In this document: positions 7,759 to 18,502 of the stretch, in pieces | Numbering within the stretch: the stretch's first letter is position 1 | How the letters are laid out: every line of letters starts with the position of its first letter | Assembly: GCA_038851755.1 (NCBI GenBank) | Contig: JAWCKR010000003.1 | Location: 32,001 to 96,000 of the forward strand | Source of the DNA: Candidatus Hadarchaeales archaeon | GTDB taxonomy: Archaea; Hadarchaeota; Hadarchaeia; Hadarchaeales; WYZ-LMO6 | Direction: 5' to 3' | DNA: 64,000 bases | Notes under the pieces: model-generated | Told to the model about the DNA's origin: nothing | Seen by the model: the letters and a program-made list of their open reading frames with translations, nothing else | Database searches by the model: none | Position numbers and translations under genes: made by a program

Positions 7759-10606
7759 AGATGGCGGGCCTGAGGGGAAGGGCCCCCTTGCTCCTCCCCT
7801 TCGGGTCGTAGACCCCTGGATCGTCCTCCCTGAAGACCCTCACCTCCACACCCAGCTGCTTCTCCAGGTAGGAGGAGTTCTCCCTCAGGACCTCGTACTC
7901 GTCCACTCCCCTCGAGAGGAGGGCGAGCCTCTCCTCGGGCAGATCCCTGCTCCCCTCCAGGACCTTCGCCAGGAAGGGCGCCAGCTCGGCTTTGGGCTTC
8001 CCTATCGTGCCCTCCAGGTGCCTGAGGAGTTCGCTCCTGTCCTTTCTCCCGAGCGAGAGCTGCCTGAGGATCTCCCTGTGGGCCTCCCTCTTCCAGGCCG
8101 AGGGGGTGTAGAGGCAGACGAGCCTGGGCTTTACCTTCACCACCTTCACGATCTTCCCCACGTCCTCGAGCACGGAGGAGAGGAACTCCTCCTTGAACTC
8201 GGCCTCCGGGTCCTTCAGTCCCTCCTCCACCTCCGGCCAGGGGGCGAGGGAGACGAAGCCCTTCTCCCCCATCCTCTTCCAGAGCTCCTCGCAAAGGTGG
8301 GGGATGAAGGGGGCCAGGAGACGGACCCAGACGTGAAGCACCTTCTTCACCACCTCTCCCCTCGCCCCTTCCCCCCTCCAGGAGAGGTACTTCCTCACGT
8401 CCTGCTGGAGGAAGAAGAAGGAGTGCTGCAGGGCCCTCCTCGTCTCGAACCTCTCCATGGCCTGCGTGGTCTCCTCCACCCTCCTCTGGAGCCTGCTCAG
8501 CAGCCACCTCTCCGGGAGTTCGAGGGGGAGGGAGGGTGAGGGCAGGGAGAGGATCTCCTCGCAGAGGGAGTAGAACCTCTCCAGCCCCTTCACCATGGCC
8601 TCCGCCTCGACCTTCCTCCAGTTGAAGTCCTGCCAGGGCTCAGAGGAGGACATGAGGTAGAGCCTCACGGCGTCCGCCCCGTACTCCTGCACGGCCTTGT
8701 TCACCTCCACCAGGTTTCCCTTGGAGGAGGACATCTTCTGGCCCTCCAGCACCGCTATCCCGAAGCAGACGATTCCCCTGGGCAGGCGGTGGGGGAAGAG
8801 GAGCGCGTGGTGGAAGACGAAGAAGGTGAGGTGGTTGGGGATGAGTTCGCTTGCCGACATGCGGTAGTCCAGGGGGTACCAGTACTCGAACTCCTCCCTC
8901 AGGCGCTGCAGCGTGGGAAGGGGGATGCCGGAGGAGCGGGAGAGGACCTCGGGGTCTCCCTTTCCGTAGAACACGAAGTCGAAGACCTCGTCGTTCAGCT
9001 TCTCGGGATCGAGCTGCTTGAGGAGGTGGGAGAGGGGGTAGTAGGCCATGTAGATGGTGGAGTCGCTCAGGGACTCGATGATCCAGCCCGGGTCCCAGGG
9101 GGCCTTCGTGCCCATGCCCACCTTCCTGGTGCAGGGCCACTCGCGGAGCCACTCTATGGTGTGCTCGTACTGGGCCCTCGTCTCCGGGGGGACGAGTTCC
9201 ATCTTCCCCAGCACCTCCCTGGCCTTTTCCTTCCAGCCCTCGTCGGCGTAGTTCAAGAACCACTGGTCCTCCACCACCTTCACCACCACGGGTGAACCGC
9301 ACCTGCACCTCACGGGCTTGAGGGAGAACTCGTACATGATGGCCGCCTCCCCCGTGGAGAGGAGGTCCTGCTTCACCAGGTTCTTGGCCTCCGACACCGG
9401 CTTTCCACCGTAGACGGGTATCCAGCTCCTCATCCTACCCTTCGCGAACTCCGTCCTGTACACCCTGGAGGTGGCCTCCTCCAGCTTGGGGTCCAGCTGA
9501 CCCTTTATTCCAAGCCTCTCCACCTCCTCCACCGCCGGGAACTCCCCGTACCCCTCCACCTCGATCAGGGAGAGGGGCCGGAGCCTCTCCGCCTCCACCC
9601 CGAGGCGCTTCAGCTCCTCGGGTCTCCCCTTGAGCTCCTCCAGTGCCACATGGTCGTAGGGGGCGTGCGAGGGGACGGAGCCCACCACCCCCGTGGCGTT
9701 GTCCGGGTCCACGAAGTCGGCCGGAAGGATGGGCACCTTCTTCCTCGTCAGCGGGACCTCCACCTCCGAGCCGAACTTCACCCTGAAGGGTCTGACCTCC
9801 CCCACCCTGTAGCCCTGCTCCGCCAGCTTGGCCACGGCCTGCTCGCTCACCACCCACCTCTCCCCGTCCACCTCCACCTCCACGTAGTTCGCCTTCGGGT
9901 TGAGCCAGAGGTTGGTGACCCCGAAGACGGTCTCGGGCCTGAGCGTGGCGGCGGGCAGGACCTTCCCGTCCTGCCGGTACTTCAGGAGGGTGAACTCCAG
10001 CATCTCCGCCTCCTCACCCTCCAGCAGGTCGTGGTCCGTGACGGGGTTGCCGTCCCTGGGGCACCACCTCACGGGGTGCTTCCCCTTCACGATGAGCCCC
10101 GCCTCCATGATCTTGTGGTACTGCCAGGTCACGAACCTGCTGTAGGGGGGGTCCACGGTGGTGAAGTCCCTCCTCCAGTCTATGGAGAGACCCAGCCACT
10201 TCATACCCTTCTTGTAGCTGAGGTCGCTGATCTCGGCGAAGTAGGTCCCGAAGTACTTGGGGTCCTCCATCCTGGACAGGAGTTCCTGCGGGACGCCGTA
10301 GCGCCTGGTGAGGAGCTCCACGTAGGCCGGCTCCCTCCTCGCCACCCTCTTGGAGGCCCCCACGATGGGCGTGCCCGTGAAGTGGAAGGCCATGGGGAAG
10401 AGGACGTTGTACCCCCTCATGCGCTTGTACCTGGCGATCACGTCGGGGATGGTGTAGGTGCGGGCATGGCCTATGTGCATGGGGCCGGAAACGTACGGGT
10501 AGGCCACGGTGAGGTAGAACTTGGGCCTTCCATCGGGCTCGGCCTGGAAGATCCCCGCCTTCTCCCACTCCTCCTGCCACTTCCTCTCTATACCCTTGAG
10601 GTCCAT
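7748..10606 (-). CDS. leuS: Leucine--tRNA ligase (archaeal type)
   Basis: AYPY..G.MHIGH, ATLRPET editing domain, IESLSDSTIYMAYY, KMSSSKGN. Confidence 0.97.
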   Translation of the reverse strand: MDLKGIERKWQEEWEKAGIFQAEPDGRPKFYLTVAYPYVSGPMHIGHARTYTIPDVIARYKRMRGYNVLFPMAFHFTGTPIVGASKRVARREPAYVELLTRRYGVPQELLSRMEDPKYFGTYFAEISDLSYKKGMKWLGLSIDWRRDFTTVDPPYSRFVTWQYHKIMEAGLIVKGKHPVRWCPRDGNPVTDHDLLEGEEAEMLEFTLLKYRQDGKVLPAATLRPETVFGVTNLWLNPKANYVEVEVDGERWVVSEQAVAKLAEQGYRVGEVRPFRVKFGSEVEVPLTRKKVPILPADFVDPDNATGVVGSVPSHAPYDHVALEELKGRPEELKRLGVEAERLRPLSLIEVEGYGEFPAVEEVERLGIKGQLDPKLEEATSRVYRTEFAKGRMRSWIPVYGGKPVSEAKNLVKQDLLSTGEAAIMYEFSLKPVRCRCGSPVVVKVVEDQWFLNYADEGWKEKAREVLGKMELVPPETRAQYEHTIEWLREWPCTRKVGMGTKAPWDPGWIIESLSDSTIYMAYYPLSHLLKQLDPEKLNDEVFDFVFYGKGDPEVLSRSSGIPLPTLQRLREEFEYWYPLDYRMSASELIPNHLTFFVFHHALLFPHRLPRGIVCFGIAVLEGQKMSSSKGNLVEVNKAVQEYGADAVRLYLMSSSEPWQDFNWRKVEAEAMVKGLERFYSLCEEILSLPSPSLPLELPERWLLSRLQRRVEETTQAMERFETRRALQHSFFFLQQDVRKYLSWRGEGARGEVVKKVLHVWVRLLAPFIPHLCEELWKRMGEKGFVSLAPWPEVEEGLKDPEAEFKEEFLSSVLEDVGKIVKVVKVKPRLVCLYTPSAWKREAHREILRQLSLGRKDRSELLRHLEGTIGKPKAELAPFLAKVLEGSRDLPEERLALLSRGVDEYEVLRENSSYLEKQLGVEVRVFREDDPGVYDPKGRSKGALPLRPAIYVE

Positions 10607-10607
10607 C

Positions 10608-13340
10608 CTATCCCTCCAGGACCTTCCTGAGACTCTCGAACGCCTTGTCCATGGCCTCTCTTAACCCCTCCGTTCTGGGGCCTCCCCCCTGCCCGAAGTT
10701 CTTCCTTCCACCCCCTCCTCCCCCCAGGGCCCTCGCCGCCAGGGAGGCCACCGCCCCGCAGTCCACCCCCTTCTCCACCGCCTTCTCGCCCGCCGCCAGG
10801 ACCAGGCTGGCCACCCTGCCCGAGCTCCCCAGGATGACCACCGCGTGGGGGTCCCTGGCCATCTCCTCCGCCATCTTTATCATCTCCTCCGTTCTCGCTT
10901 CCCCCATCTCCTCCCTTATCACCAGGAACTCCCCCACCCTCGTTCCCTTCTCCCTCATGGTGGGAGAGGCCAGGCTCGCCAGTCTCTTCCTGAGGGCCTC
11001 CAGCTCCTTCTGCAGGAGCTTTTTCTCCTCCACCAGCTTCACCACCGCCTGCTCCAGACCCCCCTCCTGCACCCCCAGCAGGGAGACCAGCCTTCCCCTC
11101 TCCTCCTCCCTCCTCCTGATCTCCTCCAGCGCCGCCTTCCCCGCTGCGAACTCCAGCCTCTCCACCCCGTCCTGGATGCGCTCCGTGCGGAGAATCTTCA
11201 GCATCCCTATCTCCCCCGTGCTCCCGCAGTGGGTGCCGGCGCAGGCCTGCGTGTTCCATCCCACCACCTCCACCACCCTCAGCTTCTTCCCGGGGACCAC
11301 TCCCCCCTGGTAGAGCACGAAGCCGTACTTCCTCTCCGCCTCGTTCCTGTCCATGAACCGGGTCCGGATGGGCAGGTTGGCCAGGATGACCTCGTTGGCC
11401 CTCCTCTCTATCTCCGCCACCTCCTGGGGCTCCAGCCTCCTGAAGTGGGTGATGTCCAGCCTGGACCACTCCGGGTACTTCTGGGCCCCGTGCTGCCAGA
11501 CGTGGTCACCCAGCACCCTCTTGGCCGCCTCCAGGAGCACGTGGGTGGCGGAGTGGTGGCGCATGAGGGAGCTCCTCCTCTCCCAGTCCAGCTTCCCCAC
11601 CACCCTGTCCCCGGCCCTGAAGGGGTTGGAGGCAAGGCGATGGATCACCGCCTCCCCCACCTTCTCCACCTCCACCACCTCGGCCGTCTTCCCCTCTCCC
11701 TCCAAGATGCCTGCATCACCCTCCTGCCCTCCGCCCTCGGGGTAGAAGGCCGTGCGGTCCAGCACCACCTCGTTTCCCCTGCTCAGCACCACTCTTGCCC
11801 TGAACTCCCTCAGGTAGGGGTCCTCGTAGAACAGGAGCCTGGTGCGGGGTAGCCTCTCCTCCCTCCTTCCCTCCCCGGCCTCCACCTTCGCCCCCGAGGC
11901 GTGTCTCTCGGCCACCTTGATGTAGAAGTCCTCGGGGACCTCCACCTCCACCCCCATCTCCCTGCCCACTTCCCTCACGAGCTCCGGGGGCAGGCCGTGG
12001 CTGTCGTAGAACTCGAAGAGCTTCTCCTGCGGGAGGGAGGAGGCCTGCGATCTGAGGGAGGAGAGGGTCCTCTCCACCAGCCTCCTTCCCCTGGCGATGG
12101 CCTCGGCGTACCTCTTTTCCTCCAGCTCCACCACCTTCAGGATGTACCCCCTCCTCTCCTCGAGCTCGGGGTGGGAGAGGAAGTCCAGTTCCATGCTCAT
12201 GAGCTCTGGGAGGGGGAGCCTGAGCCCTGCCTCCCTGAGGAGCCTGAGGGTCCTCCTGAGCACCAGCCTGGCGAGGTACCCCTCCCTGGCGTTGCTGGGC
12301 GTGATCCCGTCCCCCAGCATGAAGGCCAGGCACCTGAGGTGATCGGCTATCGCGTACAGGGCCTCCAGCGGGACCATCCAGCGGTCCAGCTGCTCCCTGC
12401 TCATACCCGAACGCTCCGCCACCCTCTCCCTGAGCAGCGCCAGGTCCCTCCCGCTCTCCACGTCGATCAGGCCCGCTATCCTGGAATGCAGCTCCAGCAG
12501 CTCCTCCGGTGGCCTCTCCACTCCCGCCTCCCTCTCCAGCCTCCGGAGGAGGGGTCCGAACACGGCCTCGTACACGGACGTGCTCCCCTGGGAGATCCAG
12601 GAGATCCTCTCCAGCCCGTAGCCGGTGTCCACGATCTGCAGGGGGAGCTTCCTGTATTCCTTCCCCACCACCTCGTACCTCATGAAGACCAGGGTGGCCA
12701 GCTCCAGCCCCCTGGCGTTGACCTCGAAGTCCTCCCCTGCGTTCCCCCCTCCCTCCCAGAGGTCCTCCACGTAGTTGAGGTCCTCCCCCTTTATCCCCAG
12801 CTCCTTGGTTAAGAACTCATGGCAGAGTTCCACCGTCCGATCGTTCCAGTAAACCCTTTTCTCCCTGGTGTTGAAGGCGTGGTGCCCCCCCATGTGGAAG
12901 AGGGTGAGGTGTCTTCCCGACCTGCCCACGTTGTCTATGTCGTTCAGGCGGATGCTGGGCTGGCTCACCACCAGCGGGTTGGCGGGCGGGGGCACCTGCC
13001 CGCTGGTGACCCAGGGCTGGAAGTCGGCTATGGAGGCGATGGTGAGGAAGATGTCATCCCTCCACCTGGCCACCACCGGGTACCTCCTGATCACCTCGTG
13101 CCCCCTCCTTTCGAAGAACTTGAGGAAGGATCTCTCCACCTCCTTCAGGGAGAGCCTCTTCCTGGTGGGTGGCCTGCCTATGAAGGAGTACTCATCGCAG
13201 GGCGTGTCGCCGCAGGTCCTCCTCTCGGGATCCAGGGTCCAGAACCACCTCCCGCACCCGGCGCACTTCCTCCTCTCGAAGCCCTCCTCCCTGAAGAGCT
13301 TCACCCTGTAGAGGCTGCCGGCCTTCTTGGAGCCCTGCAT
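10608..13340 (-). CDS. alaS: Alanine--tRNA ligase (archaeal type)
   Basis: YPVVARWRDD, DTGYGLER, editing HSATH and QACAGTH, C-terminal GGGGG DHHA1. Confidence 0.97.
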   Translation of the reverse strand: MQGSKKAGSLYRVKLFREEGFERRKCAGCGRWFWTLDPERRTCGDTPCDEYSFIGRPPTRKRLSLKEVERSFLKFFERRGHEVIRRYPVVARWRDDIFLTIASIADFQPWVTSGQVPPPANPLVVSQPSIRLNDIDNVGRSGRHLTLFHMGGHHAFNTREKRVYWNDRTVELCHEFLTKELGIKGEDLNYVEDLWEGGGNAGEDFEVNARGLELATLVFMRYEVVGKEYRKLPLQIVDTGYGLERISWISQGSTSVYEAVFGPLLRRLEREAGVERPPEELLELHSRIAGLIDVESGRDLALLRERVAERSGMSREQLDRWMVPLEALYAIADHLRCLAFMLGDGITPSNAREGYLARLVLRRTLRLLREAGLRLPLPELMSMELDFLSHPELEERRGYILKVVELEEKRYAEAIARGRRLVERTLSSLRSQASSLPQEKLFEFYDSHGLPPELVREVGREMGVEVEVPEDFYIKVAERHASGAKVEAGEGRREERLPRTRLLFYEDPYLREFRARVVLSRGNEVVLDRTAFYPEGGGQEGDAGILEGEGKTAEVVEVEKVGEAVIHRLASNPFRAGDRVVGKLDWERRSSLMRHHSATHVLLEAAKRVLGDHVWQHGAQKYPEWSRLDITHFRRLEPQEVAEIERRANEVILANLPIRTRFMDRNEAERKYGFVLYQGGVVPGKKLRVVEVVGWNTQACAGTHCGSTGEIGMLKILRTERIQDGVERLEFAAGKAALEEIRRREEERGRLVSLLGVQEGGLEQAVVKLVEEKKLLQKELEALRKRLASLASPTMREKGTRVGEFLVIREEMGEARTEEMIKMAEEMARDPHAVVILGSSGRVASLVLAAGEKAVEKGVDCGAVASLAARALGGGGGGRKNFGQGGGPRTEGLREAMDKAFESLRKVLEG

Positions 13341-13370
13341 CCCAGAATCCTCCCCTTCCGGGAGTTAAAA

Positions 13371-14297
13371 CTACCTTCCCTTCAGCGCCCCCAGGATGAG
13401 GGGGAGGCAGAGGGTGGCGTCCCCCTCCACCGTGACGTGCTTGGCCCCCCTTCCGATCTTCCCCCAGGAGATGGCCTCGTGGGTCCTGGCCCCGGAGAGG
13501 CTTCCGTCGTACTCGTGGGCGGTGGTGAGGTAGACGGCGTAGCTCAGCCCTCCCCCGAACTGGGCCCACCAGATCAGGTGGTGCTTGCTTATCCCCCCTC
13601 CCACGATGAGGGCCCCCATCCTCCTGGAGGACCACACCCTCTCGCTCAGGAGGCTCTCGTCCTTCATGGGGTCGACCTTCAGCTCGTGGTCCTGGCAGAA
13701 GGACCAGAGCTGGTAGCCCACGGCCCCGTCCGTCACTCCAGGCACGATGACGGGGACCTTCCTCCTGTAGCACCAGTACAGGAAGGAATCGTTCTTGCGG
13801 ATCCACCTGCCCAGCTCCCAGCAGAGCTCGTGGGTGGAGAGCTCCCTCCTCCCCGACCGGTAAAGCTCCTCCAGGAACCTCTGCATCTTCTCCTCTATCA
13901 GGAGGCCGTAGGAGGAGTCGGGAACGAAGACGTTCCCCAGCCTGCTGATCCCCCTCTTCCTCAGCTCCCCGTCATCCACGTGGAAACTCCCGTGGTAGTA
14001 CTCCCGGTAGCTCCTGGCCAGGTCGTGGTCCAGCGTTCCGCAGGTGGTTATCACGAGGTCGAAGAAGCCCTCCCTCACGAAGTCCCTCAGCACGCCCCTG
14101 GTGCCCGTGGCCATGAGGCAGGCCGGGAAGGAGAGCATCTTGAAGCACTCCCGGTCGGAGAGCATCTCCCTGAGGATCTCCACCCCCCTGGCGAGGAGCT
14201 GGGCGTTGAAGCCCCCGCAGGACCCCATCTGCTCCATCAGGTCCGCTATCCTCGTGCGTGAGGAGACCCTGAGGTCCTTAACCGCTCGCCCCTTCAT
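13371..14297 (-). CDS. dys: Deoxyhypusine synthase
   Basis: RLGNVFVP, GGGISKHH, DGSLSGA..EAISWGK with catalytic Lys, EGDAT. Confidence 0.95.
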   Translation of the reverse strand: MKGRAVKDLRVSSRTRIADLMEQMGSCGGFNAQLLARGVEILREMLSDRECFKMLSFPACLMATGTRGVLRDFVREGFFDLVITTCGTLDHDLARSYREYYHGSFHVDDGELRKRGISRLGNVFVPDSSYGLLIEEKMQRFLEELYRSGRRELSTHELCWELGRWIRKNDSFLYWCYRRKVPVIVPGVTDGAVGYQLWSFCQDHELKVDPMKDESLLSERVWSSRRMGALIVGGGISKHHLIWWAQFGGGLSYAVYLTTAHEYDGSLSGARTHEAISWGKIGRGAKHVTVEGDATLCLPLILGALKGR

Positions 14298-14321
14298 GAG
14301 CTCCCGTCAGAGGAAAAGGGT

Positions 14322-14630
14322 TCAGCCGAAGAGGGAGGCCAGACCGGCCATGGCTTCCTCTTCCTTCTTCTCCTCCTCTTCCTTCTTCTCCTCCTTCTTC
14401 TCCTCGGCCTTCGGAGGAGCGGGAGCCGCCTGCGCGGCGGGTGCCACGGCCATCGCTGAGGCCCCCTTCAGGACCTCCTCGATGTTCACCCCCTCCAGCG
14501 CGGAGAGGAGGGTCTTCACCCTGGCCTCGTTCACCTCTATGCCCGCCGCCTTCAGCACGTTCGTCAGGCTCTCCTCATCGGGCTTCTTGCCCGCGGCGTG
14601 CAACAGCATCACGGCGTGCACATACTCCAA
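14322..14630 (-). CDS. rpl12: 50S ribosomal protein P1/L12
   Basis: [10 protein letters not shown] start (TTG), Ala-rich hinge, acidic tail ending GLASLFG. Confidence 0.95.
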   Translation of the reverse strand: MEYVHAVMLLHAAGKKPDEESLTNVLKAAGIEVNEARVKTLLSALEGVNIEEVLKGASAMAVAPAAQAAPAPPKAEEKKEEKKEEEEKKEEEAMAGLASLFG

Positions 14631-14673
14631 TTTTCTACCTCCTGAGAGGACTCATCCCCTTACTCTTACCCCT

Positions 14674-15546
14674 TTATGAACCTTTCCCCTCCTCCAGCTT
14701 CGAGGAGAGGTGAAGGGCCTGGAGGTGCGCCCTGGCCAGGAGCTCGGGCAGGGTCTCCCTGGTGGGGAAGGCCGGGGAGAGGGCCCTGGCCAGGGCGAGG
14801 GCGTTCAGGTGGGATTTGAGGAGCAGCTGAGGTACCGTGAGTGCGGTGGGGTATTCGAGGCCCAGGGCCAGGGCGAGGGCCTGCTGGTGCGCCCTCAGGA
14901 GTTCTCCCCTCACCACCTCCTCGTCCAGCTCGAGCAGGTCCCCCGAGTAGATCAGGCCTTCACCGTAGGCTGCCCGCAGCCTGAGGAGGAGATCCACCGG
15001 CTCCACCCCGATTTTGAGGAGGAGGTCGGCGATCTCCTTCGTAATCACCTCCCCCGCCCTGATCACCGTGAAGTCCTCCGCGACCACCACCTTCCCAGCC
15101 TGCACCCTGGCCTTCACCCCGGCCCTCTGCAGCTCGCTGACCACGGGCCCGGGAGGGAAGTCCGTCTCCCCGGCCTTGATGACCACTTCCGTCGAGGAGA
15201 CCCTGCCCGGCTTGGCAGGGGCCTTCTCCCTCTCCTCCTTCAGGAGGCGGTTGAGCTTGACGGGGGGGAGGTCGGTGAAGAGGAGGGCGCTCTGGCCTTT
15301 CACGTGCTCCAGCAGCCCCTCCAGCCCCTTCCTCTCCTTGGAGGCCTCCGAGAGGGCCAGCCTGATGAGGGTGTTCTTGGCCACCAGGATCTCCCCCTTC
15401 CCCCTGAGCTTTTCCCTGAGCCTCTGGAAGAGGTGGGAGGGAAAGCCCTCGAAGTCCACCACGCCCACCACCTTGGAGGAGAGAAGCTTCTCCTTCAGCT
15501 CCTGCAGCGTCTCGGTCTTCCAGGCCGGGTAGGAGGTCCTCTTCAT
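14674..15546 (-). CDS. rpl10: 50S ribosomal protein L10/P0
   Basis: WK...KNTL..LAL, T.FPPGP motif, three C-terminal stalk-binding helices; operon position. Confidence 0.93.
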   Translation of the reverse strand: MKRTSYPAWKTETLQELKEKLLSSKVVGVVDFEGFPSHLFQRLREKLRGKGEILVAKNTLIRLALSEASKERKGLEGLLEHVKGQSALLFTDLPPVKLNRLLKEEREKAPAKPGRVSSTEVVIKAGETDFPPGPVVSELQRAGVKARVQAGKVVVAEDFTVIRAGEVITKEIADLLLKIGVEPVDLLLRLRAAYGEGLIYSGDLLELDEEVVRGELLRAHQQALALALGLEYPTALTVPQLLLKSHLNALALARALSPAFPTRETLPELLARAHLQALHLSSKLEEGKGS

Positions 15547-16196
15547 CCCTTCATCCCCAGTTTCACGGGTTTGCCCATGGTGGTCTTCAGGTAAACGGCC
15601 TTGATGCGCCCCTTTCCCTTCTGCAGGGCCGTCTCCAAGGCCTCCAGCACGCTGAGGGCGTTCTCCGCCACCTTCTCCTCGGGCATCTCCTCGCTCCCTA
15701 TCCTGGCCCTGATGGCGGGCTGGTCCCTGGTCCTGAGGAAGAGGAGCTTGCGGTACCTTTCCAGGACCTGCTGCAGGTTCACGTTCGGGGGCAGGGGCTT
15801 CGGGATCTTGTCCCTCGGGCCCAGGATGCGTCCGAGCAGCCTCCCGGCGAGGGGCATGAGGTCCGGCTGCGCCAGGAACACATCGTACTCCCTGGCCAGC
15901 CTCTTGGCCTTCTTGGGGTTCTTCCCCAGCTCCTCCAGCTCCGCCCTGGAGAGCACCAGGTCGGCTCCAGCCTCCTTCGCCCTGAGGGCCATCTCACCCT
16001 CCGCGAAGAGGGCCACCTTCCTCTTCCTGCCGTTGCCGTGGGGCAGGAGGGCCTCGAAGGAGATCCTCTCCTCCGTCTTCTTCAGGTCGAGGTTCTCCAG
16101 CGTCACCTGCAGCTCCAAACCCTGCTTGAACTTCCTACCTTTCCCGGCCTCCTTTGCCTGTTTCACGGCCTCCTTCAGGGCCTCCTTCGAGATCAT
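15543..16196 (-). CDS. rpl1: 50S ribosomal protein L1
   Basis: [26 protein letters not shown] motifs. Confidence 0.95.
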   Translation of the reverse strand: MISKEALKEAVKQAKEAGKGRKFKQGLELQVTLENLDLKKTEERISFEALLPHGNGRKRKVALFAEGEMALRAKEAGADLVLSRAELEELGKNPKKAKRLAREYDVFLAQPDLMPLAGRLLGRILGPRDKIPKPLPPNVNLQQVLERYRKLLFLRTRDQPAIRARIGSEEMPEEKVAENALSVLEALETALQKGKGRIKAVYLKTTMGKPVKLGMKG

Positions 16197-16657
16197 TTCA
16201 GTTCCTCCTCGTACTTTCCTTCCTCTATCTCCCTCTGGACCTCCCTGGGGTCCTTACCCTCCACCGTCACCCCCATGCTCTTGCAGGTGCCCAGCACCTC
16301 CTTCACCTTGCTCTTCAGGTTCTTCCCCCCCTTCTCCTTGGCGATCTTGACCACCTGTGAGAGGGAGAGGTTGCCCACGGTTTCCTTCCCCGCGGTCTTG
16401 GCCCCCTTCTCCACCCCCAGCTCCCTCTTCACCAGGACGGAGACGGGCGGGGAGCCCACCTCCACCTGGAACTCCTTGGTCTTACGGTCCACGGTGAGGA
16501 TGACGGGGACCTTCATCCCGCTGAACTTGGAGGTGGCCTGGTTTATCCTCTGGACCACCTGCCCCACGTTCACCCCCAGCGGTCCCAGGGCGGGTCCGAG
16601 CGGGGGGCCGGGGTTGGCCTTCCCGCCTTCCACCAGAAGCTTTATCCGGGCTTTCAT
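16193..16657 (-). CDS. rpl11: 50S ribosomal protein L11
   Basis: [26 protein letters not shown]. Confidence 0.97.
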   Translation of the reverse strand: MKARIKLLVEGGKANPGPPLGPALGPLGVNVGQVVQRINQATSKFSGMKVPVILTVDRKTKEFQVEVGSPPVSVLVKRELGVEKGAKTAGKETVGNLSLSQVVKIAKEKGGKNLKSKVKEVLGTCKSMGVTVEGKDPREVQREIEEGKYEEELK

Positions 16658-16710
16658 CGAAACACCACCCTCTCATCCGCTAAAAAGCTTCCTTTCAGGG
16701 CCCTGCGAAC

Positions 16711-17193
16711 TCACTTCTCCTCGGCGCCTTTCTTCTGTATCACCTTCACGGACTCCGACTTGACGGTCACGGGTATGGGCACGGTGGCTTCGAAGAACTC
16801 CACTGTGACCTCCTCCTTCTCCTTGTCCACCTGCACGATCCTAGCCCTCTCCCCCTTGAAAGGCCCGGAGGAGATCTCCACGAGGTCCCCCACCTCCATC
16901 CTCGTCACGGAGGGTTTGGGGACGAGGTACTGCTCCAGCTCTTCCATCGAGAGCTCACCCGAGACCATGCCCCTGGCGTGCTTCACCCCCGTTCTGGCCT
17001 TCTCCACCGAGCTCCTCCCGTAGGCCTCCACGAAGAGGTATCCCGAGAGGTTGGCCGGGGCCATCACGGCCAGGATGGGGAGGTTCTGCTTCTTGGCGTG
17101 GGTGATGAGCACGTCCGCCGTGTTCTTCTCCTGCCCCACCGTGACCCTTATGGCGTAGATGGAGGGCCGCTGGGCTTCCTCCTTCTCCTCCAA
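16711..17193 (-). CDS. spt5: Transcription elongation factor Spt5 (NusG)
   Basis: GQE, GYLFVE NGN domain; KOW motif GDLVEISSGPFKG. Confidence 0.95.
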   Translation of the reverse strand: MEEKEEAQRPSIYAIRVTVGQEKNTADVLITHAKKQNLPILAVMAPANLSGYLFVEAYGRSSVEKARTGVKHARGMVSGELSMEELEQYLVPKPSVTRMEVGDLVEISSGPFKGERARIVQVDKEKEEVTVEFFEATVPIPVTVKSESVKVIQKKGAEEK

Positions 17194-17196
17194 GCT

Positions 17197-17364
17197 TCAG
17201 CCACCCCCTAGGATGAGGTAGCCCACCGACATGATGAGGAACCCCACCACGCCGATGAGCAGCACCCCCAGGCCCGTGACCTTGGAGGCCTCCGTGAACT
17301 CCTCCTGGCTGGGTTTCCTGGCTATCAGGAGGACACGCTTCATCTCGCTCAGCCTGAGGGTCAT
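17197..17364 (-). CDS. secE: Protein translocase SecE/Sec61 gamma (not in ORF track)
   Basis: Hand-translated: [55 protein letters not shown]; RVL..ARKP..EEF motif; canonical ftsZ-secE-spt5 order. Confidence 0.93.
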   Translation of the reverse strand: MTLRLSEMKRVLLIARKPSQEEFTEASKVTGLGVLLIGVVGFLIMSVGYLILGGG

Positions 17365-18473
17365 ATGCTCTTCAGCCCCAGGTCTATCTGCTCGGGTCTG
17401 AGCTTGGGAGTGGGCGGTTTCGCCTGGGAGTGCGGCGAGTACACCCCCGTGACCACCAGCAGGACCCTGAGGTTGTTCTTCATCTCCTCATAGATCTGGG
17501 CCCCGCATATCACGTACGCTTCGGGGTCGAGCACCTCCGAGACCTTGCCGAAGACCTTCCCGGCCTCGCTGAGGGTGAGGCTCGGTCCCCCCACCACGTT
17601 GATCAGGGCGCGCTTGCCCCCGGAGATGTCCGCCTCCAGCAGAGGACTGTGGATGGCCTCCTCCACCGCCTCTTCCGCCCTGTTCTCCGCGTCTGACTCC
17701 CCTATCCCTATCAGGGCAGTTCCGCTGTCCTTCAGGACGGTCTCCAAATCCGCGAAGTCCAGGTTGATGAGCCCCGGTTTCGTTATGGTCTCCGTTATGC
17801 CTTTCACGGCGTTCATGATGATCTGATCGGCCACCTTGAAGGCCGCCCCCATGGGCAGTCCTGGGGCCAGCTCCAGAAGCTTGTCGTTGGGGATCACGAT
17901 CACCGCGTCCACGTTCTGCTTGAGCCTCTCCAGCCCGGTCCTGGCGTTGAGCATCCTCCTGTTTCCCTCCACCCTGAAGGGGAGGGTCACCACGGCCACG
18001 GTGAGGGCGTCGAGCTTCTTGGCGATCTCGGCCACCACCGGCGCCGCCCCCGTTCCCGTTCCCCCTCCCAGCCCGCAGGTGATGAAGATCATGTCTGCCC
18101 CATACAGGTGGTCTTTTATCAGGTCCTCGTCCTCGCGGGCCGCTTGCTCCCCCTTGGAGGGGTCGGCCCCAGCCCCCAGGCCTCCGGTGGTCTGTTTGCC
18201 TATCAGCAGCTTCCGGTCGGCAAGCGTGTAGAGGAGGTCCTGGGCGTCCGTGTTGATGGCGATGGTCTCGGCCCCGTAAATTCCCACCTCCATCATCCTG
18301 GAGAGCGTGTTTCCCCCGCTCCCCCCGCACCCGACCACCAGGGTTTTCACTGTCGCCTTTTCCTGGATTTCCTTCAGCTCCTGATCGGTGTATCCCTTGC
18401 CCCCCGGTTTGGCCACCTTGCCCAGGTCAGAGATGCCTGGCTTCACAGGATTCGCGGAGGATGAGGCACTCAT
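17361..18473 (-). CDS. ftsZ: Cell division protein FtsZ (FtsZ1 type)
   Basis: [32 protein letters not shown]; likely start ATG 18473 (MSASSS). Confidence 0.96.
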   Translation of the reverse strand: MSASSSANPVKPGISDLGKVAKPGGKGYTDQELKEIQEKATVKTLVVGCGGSGGNTLSRMMEVGIYGAETIAINTDAQDLLYTLADRKLLIGKQTTGGLGAGADPSKGEQAAREDEDLIKDHLYGADMIFITCGLGGGTGTGAAPVVAEIAKKLDALTVAVVTLPFRVEGNRRMLNARTGLERLKQNVDAVIVIPNDKLLELAPGLPMGAAFKVADQIIMNAVKGITETITKPGLINLDFADLETVLKDSGTALIGIGESDAENRAEEAVEEAIHSPLLEADISGGKRALINVVGGPSLTLSEAGKVFGKVSEVLDPEAYVICGAQIYEEMKNNLRVLLVVTGVYSPHSQAKPPTPKLRPEQIDLGLKSI

Positions 18474-18502
18474 CGTCTCAGTGAAGAGAGGTTTTTTTGG
18501 TT

